The notes beneath the pieces are model-generated. The model worked only from the letters and a program-made list of their open reading frames with translations. It was not told the DNA's origin and made no database searches. 64,000 bases of DNA from Malacoraja senta (Eukaryota): contig CM075994.1 in the NCBI GenBank assembly GCA_038087875.1, positions 9,736,001 through 9,800,000 of the forward strand, read 5' to 3'. A program made the position numbers and the translations under genes. Numbering within the stretch: position 1 is the stretch's first letter; each line of letters opens with the position of its first letter. Shown in pieces: positions 1 to 12,829 of the stretch.

Positions 1-370
1 TCGCCCCTGAGTTTCTGCCTCGACCGTGGGATATTCAGCAACCCCAAGTCGGCCGATCCGAGGGACCTGGAGGTGGAGTGGTGGGTGAGAAGACTTTTTA
101 TGTAGGTGGGGGCAAGCCCATTGAGGGCTTTGTAAACATAAAGAAGGAGCTTGAAATGTATACGGAACCGCACAGTGAGCCAGTGGAGAGAGGCCAGGAT
201 CGGGGTGATGTGGTCCCTTTTTCGGGTGCCCGTCAGGAGTCTCGCTGCGGCGTTTTGGACCAGTTGCAGACGGGACAGGGATGATTGGCTGATGCCAGTG
301 TAAAGGGAGTTGCAGTAATCGAGGCGGGAGGAGATAAATGCGTGGATGATTTTTTTCCAAGTCGTCGAAT
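1..370 (-). mobile_element. L2-clade LINE ORF2 C-terminal fragment
   Basis: Minus strand translates IIHAFISSRLDYCNSL...LQLVQNAAARLLTG...HITPILASLHWL, typical of the L2 ORF2 C-terminus. Confidence 0.85.
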
Positions 371-412
371 TGGAGCAATTCTTTTATTTTATTTTATTTT
401 ACCAACACCATT

Positions 413-560
413 CACGGTGGCGCAGCGGTAAAGTCGCTGCCTCACAGCGCCGGGGGACCCGGGTTCGATCCCGACCACGGGTACGTCCTCTCCGTGACCT
501 GCGTGGGTTTTCTCCGGGAGCTCCGGTTTCTCCCCCACACATTCTAAAGACGTACAGATT
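413..560 (+). mobile_element. tRNA-derived V-SINE (HE1-like) 5' part; many further copies in the window (e.g. 8790-9095, 14010-14310, 38870-39025, 51180-51315)
   Basis: A box TGGCGCAGCGG, B box GGTTCGATCC, V-domain GGGTTTTCTCCGGGAGCTCCGGTTTCTCCCCCACA; other copies end in a HER1-type tail ...GGGCCGAAGGGCCTGTTTCC...(AAACT)n. Confidence 0.8.
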
Positions 561-879
561 TACACTTTACACGAGGAAACACTTTTTCTCACAGAGAGAG
601 TGGTGAGTCTGTGGAATTCTCTGCCTCAGAGGGCGGTGGAGGCCGGTTCTCTGGATACTTTCAAGACAGAGCTAGATAGGGCTCTTAAAGATAGCGGAGT
701 CAGGGGATATGGGGAGAAGGCAGGAACGGGGTACTGGTTGGGGATGATCAGCCGTGATCACATTGAATGGCGGTGCTGGCTCGAAGGGCCAAATGGCCTA
801 CTCCTGCACCTATTGTCTATAGTCTATTTGCCAAGCTAGTTGGCTGGGTAAATTTGTAAATTGTTTCTCATGTGTGAGA

Positions 880-1096
880 GGGCCTGTCCCACTTGGCGAT
901 TTTTTCTGGCGACTGCCGGCATCATTGACTGACATTTCAGGTCACCGAAATGTTCGCAGCGTGATGACGTATTGACGTGCCGGTGTTTTTCCAAGTGTCG
1001 CAACATTTCTTTTGTCGCTGCTGGATTTTGAAATGCTAAAAATCTTTTGGCGACACTGATATAACGCCGGCAGTCGCCGAAAAAAATCGGCAGGCC
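880..1096. mobile_element. PIF/Harbinger-like MITE, right TIR partly deleted
   Basis: Left TIR GGGCCTGTCCCACTTGGCGATTTTT; internal sequence matches the copy at 24858-25085. Confidence 0.65.
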
Positions 1097-1312
1097 TTTT
1101 AGTGTGCGGGGATCGCTGGTCGGCGCGGACTCGGTGAGCCGAAGGGCCTGTTTCCGCGCTGTGTCATCTCAAAACTAAACTGAAATGAAGTCCCCCCCCC
1201 GATTAAAACGTTATCCCTGTAAACTCTGTGAAACCGTTGTCTTGTAAAAGTGAACAGGCCCTTCGGCCCACTATGCCCATGCTGGCCATTTTATGTAGAA
1301 ATGAATAGCAAA

Positions 1313-2253
1313 GTAACATTAGCAAATTTGCAGATGACACAAAGCTGGGTGGCAGTGTGAACTGTGAGGAAGATGCTATGAGAACGCAGGGTGACTTGGA
1401 CAGGTTGGGGGAGTGGGCAGATGCATGGCAGATGAAGTTTAATGCGGATAAATGTGAGGTTATCCACTTTGGTAGCAAAAACAGGAAGGCAGATTACTAT
1501 CTAAATAGTGTCAAGTTGGGAAAAAGGGAAGTACAACGGGATCTGGGGGTCCTTGTTCATCAGTCTATGAAAGTAACCATGCAGGTACAGCAGGCAGTGG
1601 AGAAAGCGAATGGCATGTTGACCTTTATAACAAGAGGAGTTGAGTATAGGATCAAAGAGGTCCTACTGCAGTTGTACAGAGCCCTAGTGAGACCACACCT
1701 GGAGTATTGTGTGCAGTTTTGGTCCCCTAATTTGAGGAAGGACATTCTTGCTATTGAGGGAGTGCAGTGTAGGATTACAAGGTTAATTCCCGGCAGGGCT
1801 GGACTGTCATATGCTGAGAGAATGGAGCAGCTGGGCTTGTACACTCTTGGGTTTAGAAGGATGAGAGGGTATCACATTGAAACAAATAAGATTGTTAAAG
1901 GTTTGGACACGCTAGAGGCAGGAAAACATGTTCCTGATGTTGGGGGAGTCCAGAACCAGGGGCCACACAGTTTAAGAATAAGGAGTAAGCCATTTAGAAC
2001 GGAGACGAGGAAACACTTTTTCTCATAGAGAGTTGTGAGTCTGTGGAATTCTCTGCCTCGGTGGAGGCCGGTTTTCTGGATACTTTCAAAAGAGAGCTAG
2101 ATAGGGCTCTTAAAGATGGTGGAGTCAGGGGATATGGGGAGAAGGCAGGAACGGGGTACTGATTGGGGATGATCAGCCATGATCAAAGTGAATGGCCGTG
2201 CTGGCTCGAAGGGCCGAATGGCCTACTCCTGCACCTATTGTCTATTGTCTATT
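1313..2253 (+). mobile_element. 5'-truncated CR1/HER1 LINE (RT C-terminus plus 3' UTR)
   Basis: SKFADDTKL motif, ORF 1357-2028 ([30 protein letters not shown]), 3' end GGCCGAATGGCCTACTCCTGCACC plus (TATTGTC)n tail. Confidence 0.92.
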
Positions 2254-2582
2254 GGCCCACTGCGCCCATGCTGGCCATTTTATGTAGAAATCAACAGCAG
2301 ATGTTTGTTTCCACTGAAGAGACACACAAAAAGATGGAGTAACTCAGCGGGTCAGGCAGCATCTCTGGATTGGTGTCGTCTCTGGTCAGAAGAAGGGTCT
2401 GGATTCAAAATGTCATAACTCCTTTTCTCCAGTGCTGCTGCCCAGCTTTTTCATGTCCATCTTCACTAATTAGCCGGGATTAACACCTTATCCTTTTCTT
2501 CAGTTTAGAGACAACAGGTTCTTCGGCCCATCGAGTCTGTGCCGACCAGCGATCCCCGCGCATCTTACCATTTTACATGGGA

Positions 2583-3290
2583 GACAAAAATGCTGGAGAA
2601 ACTCAGCGGGTGAGGCAGCATCTATGGAGCGAATCGAGACCCTTCTTCGGACTGATGTGGGGGGTGCGGGGGGGGCGGGGAAGAAGAAAGGAAGAGGCGG
2701 AAAACAGTGGGCTGTGGGAGAGCTGGGAAGGGGAGGGGAAAGAGGGAGAAAGCAGGGACTACCTGAAATTGGAGAGGTCAATGTTCATACCGCTGGGTTG
2801 TAAACTACCCAAGTGAAATAAGAGGTGCTGCTCCTCAATTTACGGTGGGACTCACTCTGGCCATGGAGGAGGTCCAGGACAGAAAGGTCGGATTCGGAAT
2901 GGGGAGTTGAAGTGCTGAGCCACCGGGAGATCAGGTTGGTTAATGCGAACCGAGTGGAGGTGTTGGGCGAAGCGATCGCCAAGCCTGCGCTTGGTCTCAC
3001 CGATGTAGAGCAGCTGACACCTAGAGCAGCGGATGCAACAGATGAGGTTGGAGGAGGTGCAGGTGAACCTCTGCCTCACCTGGAAAGACAGCTTGGGTCC
3101 TTGGATGGAGTCGAGGGGGGAGGTAAAGCGAGAAAGTGTAGCATTTCCTGCGGTTGCAAGGGAAAGTACCAGGAGAGGAGGTGGTTTGGGTGGGAAGGGA
3201 CAAATTGACCAGGGAGTTACGGGGGGAACGGTCTCTGCGGAAAGCCGAAAGGGGAGGAGATGGGAAGATGTGGCCAGTGGTGGGATCCCG
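2583..3290 (-). mobile_element. Penelope-like element 3' fragment (GIY-YIG endonuclease plus pseudo-LTR)
   Basis: ORF 2852-3079: FTCTSSNLICCIRCSRCQLLYIGETKRRLGDRFAQH. Confidence 0.85.
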
Positions 3291-3377
3291 TTTAAATTAA
3301 ACTAAACTAACTAATGAAGAACTTAGGAACAAACAGGAATGTTGACTGTACCTCAGAACACGTGACAATGGTAGGTA

Positions 3378-4391
3378 TGTTATAAAACTTACCTTCAGCG
3401 GCGCTGCAGTTCTGTCACTGCCCGTGTGCGCGACTTTGAGAGGGGGGCGGGTTTAAAATGCCGTTTTCTCTAGCCTGTTCAAATCGATCATTGTCAGGCT
3501 GTTTAGTTGCTGAAGAAAAAATCGCTCCGACATACGTTCTCTGAAGTTTTTTTTAAACTACGCTGGATAATTTAATAGCTGGAGTAAATTAAAAAATGTC
3601 TTCTAAAGCCGTCAACGGACGGATTTCACGTACGGGACAAAGCAAGGTACGCCGTTTATTTTACATATAAACGTGCTTTCTTAGGATGCCTTTAATCAAA
3701 ATTTCACGTTGCGAAAAGGTGACTTAGGCCCCATACGAACTGGCAGTATTTTTCCTGCCTATATGCGGTTTAAATTCACTGCAAATGCAACGTTCCAAAC
3801 GATCGCGTTCCACAAAATCCCACTCGCAAGATGATTTAAATGGCCATTAATTTACGGGAATTATACACTAAATTCCTTCAATTTGGCCTATAAATTCATG
3901 ACAATGAGATTTAAAAATCATGTTATATTGTGAATTCTTGTGTGAATGTTATTTGGACATTTAGGCTATTTAAAAATGTTAACCTTTTCTTAAGAAATGG
4001 ATAGATGTTTAGATCTAGTAATTGAATTTTGTAATTAGCTACAATTAGGTAACTAACTAATTATATGTTTTAATTTCAGGTCATCCAAGTAAGATTGTTT
4101 CATATTTGTTTCAGAATGCTTCAATCTATAATAACTGAAAATGTTATTCAAGTCTCTTAATTTTTAAGAAAGTTATGGGCTTTTGACTGTCCTTGATCAC
4201 AGCTTTTGAGTTAAGTCAATGGAAAAGCAATAGGGAACAAGATGCTAATTTCAGAGTATGAAAATGGCCATAACCTTTTTAATACTGAAGATATGAAAGC
4301 GAATTAGGTGTCAAATTAAACTTCTTTTTATGCTTTATCTGATGGGATAAATTGCAGACTTGATTTTTTAAAATCTCAAAATTTTGTAACA
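3378..4391. mobile_element. About 1 kb non-autonomous DNA-transposon-like element
   Basis: AT-rich ORF-less block bounded by imperfect inverted ends TGTTATAAAA / TTTTGTAACA; TSD unclear. Confidence 0.45.
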
Positions 4392-4432
4392 CTGCTATAA
4401 ATGGGAGAGGTTAAAGGCTAAAGGTGACTTAC

Positions 4433-4537
4433 TGCATGTCTCGGGCATGACCTTCAGGGCGAGGGGCACGAGGTCGTCAAAGGAGGCGTCCAGAACCAGA
4501 GCGCTGATCTCCGGATAGTTCATCGTGGCCCAGGTGG
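4433..4537 (-). CDS. ABHD16A: ABHD16A (BAT5, phosphatidylserine lipase) internal exon, 105 bp; gene continues off the left edge
   Basis: (A)TWATMNYPEISALVLDASFDDLVPLALKVMPETC; AG at 4539-4538, GTAAG donor at 4432; phase 1/1. Confidence 0.95.
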
Positions 4538-4632
4538 CTACAGAAGGAAACCAACCGCGTGTGATTAGCGGGCCAAGCGCACACATACACCCCAACGCCC
4601 AGCATTTTGCGTCTATCTTTGGTTTACAGCAC

Positions 4633-5300
4633 AATAGACAATAGGTGCAGGAGTAGGCCATTCGGCCCTTCGAGCCAGCACCGCCATTCAATGTGATCAT
4701 GGCTGATCATCCCCAATCAGTATCCCCATTACTGCCTTCTCCCCATATCCCCTGACTTCAAGAGCCCTACGGGGTGGGAGATTGTAACCTTCACCTGGCC
4801 CGCCCTGTTTCAACGAATGCAATCAACCTGGCGTGCACAATCAAATAAGATCAAATAGAACAAGTTGTCCTACAACTTTAGGCTGTGCACGCCACACGCA
4901 AGAAGAAGAAGTGCCCTATCTAGCTCTCTCTTGAAAGCATCCGGAGAACCCGCCTCTGAGGCAGAGAATTCCACAGATTCACAACTCTCTGTGAGAAAAA
5001 GTGTTTTATCATCTCCGTCCTAAATGGTTTACCCCTTATTCTTAAACTGTGGCCCCTGGTTCTGGACTCCCCCAACATCGGGAACATGTTTCCTGCCTCT
5101 AGTGGATCCAAACCCTTAATAATCTTACATGTTTCAATAAGATCCCCTCTCATCCTTCTAAACTCCAGTGTACAAGCCCTGCTGCTTCATTCTCTCAGCA
5201 TATGACAGTCCCGCCATCCCGGGAATTAACCTTGTAAACCTACGCTGCACTCCCTCAATAGCAAGAATGTCCTTCCTCATATTAGGGGACCAAACCTGCC
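4633..5300 (-). mobile_element. CR1/HER1 LINE 3' fragment with a nested insertion
   Basis: ORFs 4920-5153 and 5158-5367 carry CR1 RT C-terminal motifs; CR1 3' tail at about 4633. Confidence 0.85.
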
Positions 5301-5425
5301 CCCAATCCTCCACCACCAGTGTATGCAGCTTTCTATTAGCCAGTAGCTTCAAGTTGAAGATAGACACAAAATGCTGGAGTAACTCAGCGGGTCAAGGCAG
5401 CGACTCTGGGGAGAAGGAACGGGCG

Positions 5426-6116
5426 ATGTGTGTGTGTGGGGGGGTTGGGGGTGTGTGTGTGGGGGTGTGTGTGCGCGCAGGTGTGTGTGGGGGGGGTGTG
5501 GGGGAGTTGGGGGTGTGTGCGCGGGGGGTGTGTGGGCGGGGTGTGTGTGGGGGGGTTGGGGGTGTGTGCGCGGGGGGTGTGTGGGCGGGGGGTGTGTGGG
5601 CGGGGTGTGTGTGGGGGGGTTGGGGGGGTGTGGGCGCGGGGTGTGTGTGGGCGGGGGGTGTGTGGGCGGGGTGTGTGTGGGGGGGTTGGGGGGTGTGTGC
5701 GCGGGGGGTGTGTGGGCGGGGGGGTGTTGGGGGTGTGTGCGCGGGGTGTGTGTGGGCGGGGGGGTGTTGGGGGTGTGTGCGCGGGGTGTGTGTGGGCGGG
5801 GGGGTGTTGGGGGTGTGTGCGCGGGGTGTGTGTGGGCGGGGGGGTGTTGGGGGTGTGTGAGCGGGGTGTGTGTGGGCGGGGGGGGTGTTGGGGGTGTGTG
5901 CGCTGGGTGTGTGTGGGCGGGGGGTGTTGGGGGTGTGTGCGCTGGGTGTGTGTGGGCGGGGGGGTGTTGGGGGGGTGTGCGCTGGGTGTGTGTGGGCGGG
6001 GGTGTGTTGGGGGTGTGTTGGGGTGTGTGCGCTGGGTGTGTGCGCGGGGTGTTGGGGTGTTGGGGGTATGTGCGCGGGGTGTGTGTGGGGGTGTGTGCGC
6101 TGGGTGCGTGGGGGTT
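5426..6116. repeat. G-rich minisatellite (units like GTGTGTGTGGGCGGGGGGTGTTGGGG)
   Basis: Dense runs of G3-G8 separated by TG steps. Confidence 0.95.
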
Positions 6117-6121
6117 TGTAC

Positions 6122-6245
6122 CTGTGAATCCACCGATGGACCAGGCGTACATGATGATGGTGTCGGGTGTGAAGTTGAGGCGGTGCATGGCATACTGGAT
6201 CACCACGTCCATGGCATTGGCCTCGTTCTGTGGGAAGGGCACGCC
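6122..6245 (-). CDS. ABHD16A: ABHD16A catalytic-serine exon, 124 bp
   Basis: GVPFPQNEANAMDVVIQYAMHRLNFTPDTIIMYAWSIGGFT; AG/GT boundaries; phase 0/1; WSIGG nucleophile elbow. Confidence 0.97.
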
Positions 6246-6689
6246 CTGGAGAGACACACACACAGGATAGTGACAACATGGCCCCCGTCACACACACACG
6301 CACACACAGGGCAGCGACAACATGGCCCCCACCCCACACATGTACACACAGACACACGGGTGCACACTCACACACAGGGCAGCGACAACATGCCCCCCGT
6401 CACACACACACACAGGCCAGGGTCGTGACAACCTGGCCCCTCTCACTCACTCACACTCTCTCTCGCGCACATGCCGGGGTAGTGCCAACCAGGCCCTTGC
6501 TCACACAGGCCGGTGTGACAACCTGGCTCCCGCCACACACACACACACACAGTAACACTCTCTCAAACACTCGCACACACATACAGGCTTGCTCATACAA
6601 ACGACCACTCTCACATGCGCACACACTCTCGCACACTCACTCTCCCCCCTGCCCTCCCTCGCCTGCACACTCTCACGCTCCCCTTGCAC

Positions 6690-8650
6690 TCACGCTCACA
6701 CGCACACACGCTCGTTCACACGCACGCTCACTCACACACGCTCACGTTCACACTCACTCACACGTCCACGCACTCACACACGCTCTCATATGCTCACTCA
6801 CACACACACGCTCACTCACACACACACACGCTCACTCACACACACACACGCTCACTCACACACACACGCTCACTCACACACACACGCTCACTCACACACA
6901 CACACACACGCTCACACACACACGCTCACACACACACACGCTCACTCACACACACACGCTCACTCACACACACACGCTCACTCACACACACACGCTCACT
7001 CACACACACACACGCTCACTCACACACACACTCACACACACACACGCTCACTCACACACACACGCTCACTCACACACACACGCTCACTCACACACACACG
7101 CTCACTCACACTATCACACACGCTCACTCACTCACACACACACTCACTCACACACACACGCTCACTCACACACACACACGCTCACTCACACACACACACG
7201 CTCACTCACACAACGCTCACTCACACACACGCTCACTCACTCACACACACGCTCACTCACACACACACACGCTCACTCACACACACACACGCTCACTCAC
7301 ACACACACGCTCACTCACACACACACGCTCACTCACACACACACACGCTCACTCACACACACGCTCACTCACACACACACACGCTCACTCACACACACAC
7401 GCTCACTCACACACACACGCTCACTCACACACACACGCTCACTCACACACACACGCTCACTCACACACACACGCTCACTCACACACACACGCTCACTCAC
7501 ACACACACGCTCACTCACACACACACGCTCACTCACACACACACGCTCACTCACACACACACGCTCACTCACACACACACGCTCACTCACACGCACACTC
7601 ACACACACACGCTCACTCACACACACACGCTCACTCACACACACACGCTCACTCACACACACACGCTCACTCACACACACACACGCTCACTCACACACAC
7701 ACGCTCACTCACACACACACACGCTCACTCACACACACACGCTCACTCACACACACACGCTCACTCACACACACTCACACACACACACGCTCACTCACAC
7801 ACACACACGCTCACTCACACACACACTCACACACACACACACACGCTCACTCACACACACACGCTCACTCACACACACACACGCTCACTCACACACACAC
7901 ACTCACACACACACACACACGCTCACTCACACACACGCTCACTCACACACACACGCTCACTCACACACACACGCTCACTCACACACACACGCTCACACAC
8001 TCACTCACACACACGCTCACTCACACACACACACACACACGCTCTCACACACACACGCTCACTCACTCACACACACACGATCACTCACACACACACGCTC
8101 ACTCACACACACACGCTCACTCACTCACACACACGCTCACTCACACACACAGGCTCTCACACACACACACGCTCACTCACACACACACACACTCACTCAC
8201 ACACACGCTCACTCACTCACACACACACGCTCTCACACACACACACGCTCACTCACTCACACACACGCTCACTCACACACACACACACTCACTCACACAC
8301 ACACACACTCACTCACACACACACGCTCACTCACACACACACGCTCACTCACACACACACGCTCACGCACTCTCACACACGCTCACTCACACACACACGC
8401 TCACGCACACTCACACACACGCTCACTCACACACACACGCTCACTCACACACACACGCTCACTCACACACACACACACTCACTCACACACACACGCTCAC
8501 TCACACACACACGCTCACTCACACACACACGCTCACGCACACTCTCACACACGCTCACTCACACGCTCACTCACATACTCACTCTCTCTCACTCACACAC
8601 GCTCACTCACACACACACACTTACTCACTCATTCACACACACTCACTCCT
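6690..8650. repeat. About 18-bp CA-rich minisatellite (CACACACACACGCTCACT)n
   Basis: Direct tandem periodicity over about 2 kb. Confidence 0.97.
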
Positions 8651-8659
8651 GCTACTCAC

Positions 8660-8709
8660 GGTGCTGCCGGCAAAGCCAGGGTGATTCCATCCCAGCACGG
8701 AATAGCCAG
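8660..8709 (-). CDS. ABHD16A: ABHD16A exon, 50 bp
   Basis: (A)GYSVLGWNHPGFAGST; tttgcAG acceptor, GTGAGT donor; phase 1/0. Confidence 0.96.
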
Positions 8710-9407
8710 CTGCAAACACGGAGAACAGAGCGATCAGTAGCGCCCGCGGACCCACGCCGCCATATCATCACCCTGCCAGCTCTTCAGTTTAGTTTAGAAA
8801 CACAACGCAGAAACAGGCCCTTCTGCCCACCGATCCCCGCGCCGACCAGCGATCCCCGCACACTAACACCATCCTACACACACCGGGGACAATTTACAAT
8901 TTTTACCAAAGCCAATCAAACTTACAAACCTGCCCGTCTTTGGAGTGGGAATGGGAGGAAACCGGAGCACCCGGGGAAAACCCACGCAGGTCACGGGGAG
9001 AATGGACAAACTCCTTACAGACAGCACCGGAGGTCAGGATGGAACCCGGGTCTCTGGCGCTGCGAGGCAGCAACTCTACCACTGCGCCACCGTGCCGGCC
9101 TGCTGGGCCTGTAGTTATTTAATTTCAATCTGTACAATAGATCGAACACAGAGTTTGAACCTATGCATCTTGGTGAGTGCGGGTGTCAGGGGTTACGTGG
9201 AGAAGGCAGGAGAATGGGGTTAGGAGGGAGAGATAGATCAGCCGTGATTGAATGGCGGGGTAAACTTGATGGGCCGAATGTCCTAATTCTGCTCCTATCA
9301 CATGACCTTTTTTGAGGAAAGATATAATGACAGTCGAGAGGGTCCAGAAGAGATTTTTCTGCCCAATTCTAGGGTGAGAGACTGGACGTCACTGAGTTTG
9401 GATCAAT

Positions 9408-9966
9408 TGTGTGCAGTTTTGGTCTCCAAATTTGAGGAAGGATATTCTTACTATTGAGGGAGTGCAGCGTAGGTTCACCAGGTTAATTCCCGGGATGGTG
9501 GGACTGTCATATATTGAAAGAATGGAGCGGCCGGGCTTGTACACTCTGGAGTTTAGAAGGATGAGAGGATATCTTATTGAAACATATAAGATTATTAAGG
9601 GATTGGACACGTTAGAGGCAGGAAACATGTCTCCGATGTTGGGGGAGTCCAGAATCAGGGGCCACACAATTTAAGAATAAGGAGTAAGCCATTTAGAACG
9701 GAGACGAGGAAACACTTTTTCTCACAGAGAGTTGTGAGTCTGTGGAATTCTCTGCCTCAGAGGGCGGTGGAGGCCGGTTCTCTGGATACTTTCAAGAGAG
9801 AGCTAGATAGGGCTCTTAAAGATAGCGGAGTCAGGGGATATGGGGAGAAGGCAGGAACGGGGTACTGATTGTGGATGATCAGCCATGATCACAGTGTATG
9901 GCGGTGCTGGCTAGAAGGGCCGAAGGGCCGAATGGCCTACTCCTGCACCTATTGTCTATTGTCTAT
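9408..9966 (+). mobile_element. CR1/HER1 LINE 3' fragment
   Basis: ORF 9411-9674 (QFWSPNLRKDIL..EGVQRRFTRLIPG) plus CR1 3' UTR and tail. Confidence 0.88.
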
Positions 9967-11099
9967 TGGCCCACTGCGCCCATGCTGGCCATTTTATGTA
10001 GAAATCAACAGCAGATGTTTGTTTCCACTGAAGAGAGACACAAAAAGCTGGAGTAACTCAGCGGGTCAGGCAGCATCTCTGGATTGGTATCGTCTCTGGT
10101 CTGAAGAAGGGTCTGGACTCAAAATGTCATAACTCCTTTTCTCCAGTGGTGCTGCCCAGCTTTTTCATGTCCATCTTAACTAATTAGCCGGGATTAACAC
10201 CTTATCCTTTTCTTCAGTTTAGAGACAACAGGTTCTTCGGCCCATCGAGTCTGTGCCGACCAGCGATCCCCACGCATCTTACCATTTTACATGGGAGACA
10301 AAAATGCTGGAGAAACTCAGCGGGTGAGGCAGCATCTATGGAGCGAAGGAAATAGGTGACGTTTCGGGCCGGGACACTTCTTCAGACTGATGTGGGGGTG
10401 GGGGCGGGAAGAAGAAAGGAAGAGGCGGAGACAGTGGGCTGTGGGAGAGCTGGGAAGGGGAGGGGAAGGAGGGAGAAAGCAAGGACTACCAGATGAGGAA
10501 ACACTTTTTCTCACAGAGAGTTGTGAGTCTGTGGAATTCCCTGCCTCAGAGGGCGGTGGAGGCCGGTTCTCTGGATACTTTCAAGACAGTGTTAGATAGG
10601 GCTCTTAAAGATAGCGGAGTCAGGGGATATGGGGAGAAGGCAGGAACGGGGTACTGATTGGGGATGATCAGCCATGATCACAGTGAATGGCGGTGCTGGC
10701 TCGAAGGGCCGAATGGCCTCCTCCTGCACCTATTGTCTATCTGATTGTATAATGTTGGGGGAGGGTTGCCAGGCCCGCTATCCGCGCGTACGCACTTGGG
10801 GGAGGGTTGCTGGGCCCAACCGTCATTTTCAGATCGCCATTTTGACAGGCGTGACAACGGGCACCCCTCGGGTCCACGGGTCGTCTATATATCTCTCGTT
10901 TACCCTCATCCCTAACCGGTCTGAAGAAGGGTCACCCATTCCTTCTCTCCAGAGACGCTGCCCATCCCACCGAGTTGCTCTGGCGTTTTGTGCCTGTCTC
11001 AGTTTTTTTTAATCGCAGTCCTCTTGATATAACGGCGAGCATTGAATTCGCAACTCCTCCCCGCAGCAGGCAGAGACGGGCGCCGGGAATTTCCCCTAC

Positions 11100-11163
11100 C
11101 TTCCAGTGGAGTGCTGACGCAGCCAACCTCGTAGAATCCTGCGTTCCCCTCACAGCAGATCAC
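11100..11163 (-). CDS. ABHD16A: ABHD16A exon, 64 bp
   Basis: VICCEGNAGFYEVGCVSTPLE; cAG acceptor, GTAGG donor; phase 0/1. Confidence 0.96.
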
Positions 11164-11878
11164 CTGCGGTTGGGAAAAAAAGTGCGCTTGTTACCGAGGG
11201 GTGGCCTGAAAGATTCTCAGCGAAATCTGTTCATAAAATCCGCCCTCTTTCCTCGCAATCGCAGGGGAATCACGGTGGTGATCTCTCTTTAGACTTTAGA
11301 CTCCCCCCCCCCCGAGCTAAAGCGGTATAGTTGCTGCCTCACAGCGCCAGAGACCCAGGTTCGGTCCTGACCACGGGCGCTACCTGTACGGAGATTGTAC
11401 GATCTCCCCGTGACCGCGTGCAAATTTTCTTCGGGTGCTCCGGTTTCCTCCCACACTCAGGGGAGCGAACTGTCTCATATGCTGCCTGACCTGCTGAGTT
11501 ACTCCAGCACTTTGTGTCTTGCGCTGTCAGCCAGCGTCTGCGGTTCCGGCAGGAAATCCCACCCCCGCGGTCCCGGAAATCCCCCGAGGTGTCCCTCTCT
11601 AGTGCCACCCGGGCGCGGACACGACCCCCGGAAAAGGGGGCGGGCGGCACGAGCGTGCCCCTCTTCCGCCTGGAGGCGTGACTCGCGGCCTGAGCCAGGA
11701 TGGCCAGGCTCAGGAGCAAACCCAACCAGGACATCTTCGGCCCTGCTACCCTCTCCCCTAAGATTCAAGAATCAATTTGATTGTCACGTGCACCAATGAA
11801 GGAACAGTGATATTTTGAGTTACCATACAGCCATACTAAGTAAAAAGCAACAATAAACACAGCCACATCAAATAAAGC

Positions 11879-12820
11879 TTTTTTTTTTTTGGAAAATATT
11901 TTTTATTGGAGATAAGTACACAACATATTAACATCATTACCAGTCTTACATTTTTAAATTGATAATATTGTCAATTATTATTACATTGTCTCCAATACCT
12001 TTTGCCTTTTTTGTTTTTTTAAACTAGATAGAACTAAAAAGATAGATGAAGTAAAGAAAGAATAGAGAGAGAAGAAAAGAGAGAGAAAAAAAAAGAAGAA
12101 AAAAAAAAAAAACAGAAAAGAAAAAGATAGTTAAAGAAGAATGGAAAAATGTATTAAAATAAAAAACTTCGTTCGAGATATATTCGTACATTTCAGAATA
12201 TAGCATTTCATCCATTTTTTAGCCCGAGCATTAGTCAGGTTCCCGTGCTGAACCATTCTGACCCTTTAAATAATCAATGAAGGGAGACCATATTCCAACG
12301 AATAATTCCTGTTTGTCCAACAGGGAAAATCTGATTCTTTCCACGTTTAAGGTCTCCGTCATTTCTATAATCCACATTTTGATTGTGGGGGTTATAGGGC
12401 CTTTCCAAAATTTTAGAATTAATTTTTTTCCCGTTATTATACTATAATCAATAAAGTTTCTTTGTGTTGTTGTAAAATGTTTGATTTAATTCTAATGTTC
12501 CAGTATTATTAATTTTGGATCCGGGTCCACTTGTGTGCTGGTCACTTTAGATATTATACTGAAAATATTTACCCAGAATTTTTTTTTTTTATTCAGTTTG
12601 CAAACATATGAGATAAGTTAGCTTCTAAATGTTGACATTTATCACATATAGGTGAGATATGTTGAAAGATTTTATGTAATTTTGTTTTTGAATAATGTAA
12701 CCTATGTATTACTTTAAATTGTATTAAAGAATGTCTGGCATTTAATGAACATTGATGTATGTGTTGTAAACTTTCTTCCCAAGTATCTTTCGTTATTATT
12801 TGATTTAATTCTTTTTCCCA
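11879..12820 (-). mobile_element. L1/Tx1-clade LINE 3' fragment with poly(A)
   Basis: Poly(T) at about 11879-11890; minus-strand zinc-knuckle-like ISPICDKCQHLEANLSHMF near 12600-12665; AT-rich 3' UTR. Confidence 0.7.
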
Positions 12821-12829
12821 TGTCTGTCT

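Noticed and set aside
413..480. tRNA-like A/B boxes, here and in other copies
   Set aside because: They continue into the V-SINE body; SINE heads rather than tRNA genes
5349..9114. Long His/Thr/Pro-rich or Cys/Val/Gly-rich ORFs (up to 841 aa)
   Set aside because: Stop-free translations of CA/TG/G-rich minisatellites; only the embedded ABHD16A exons are real
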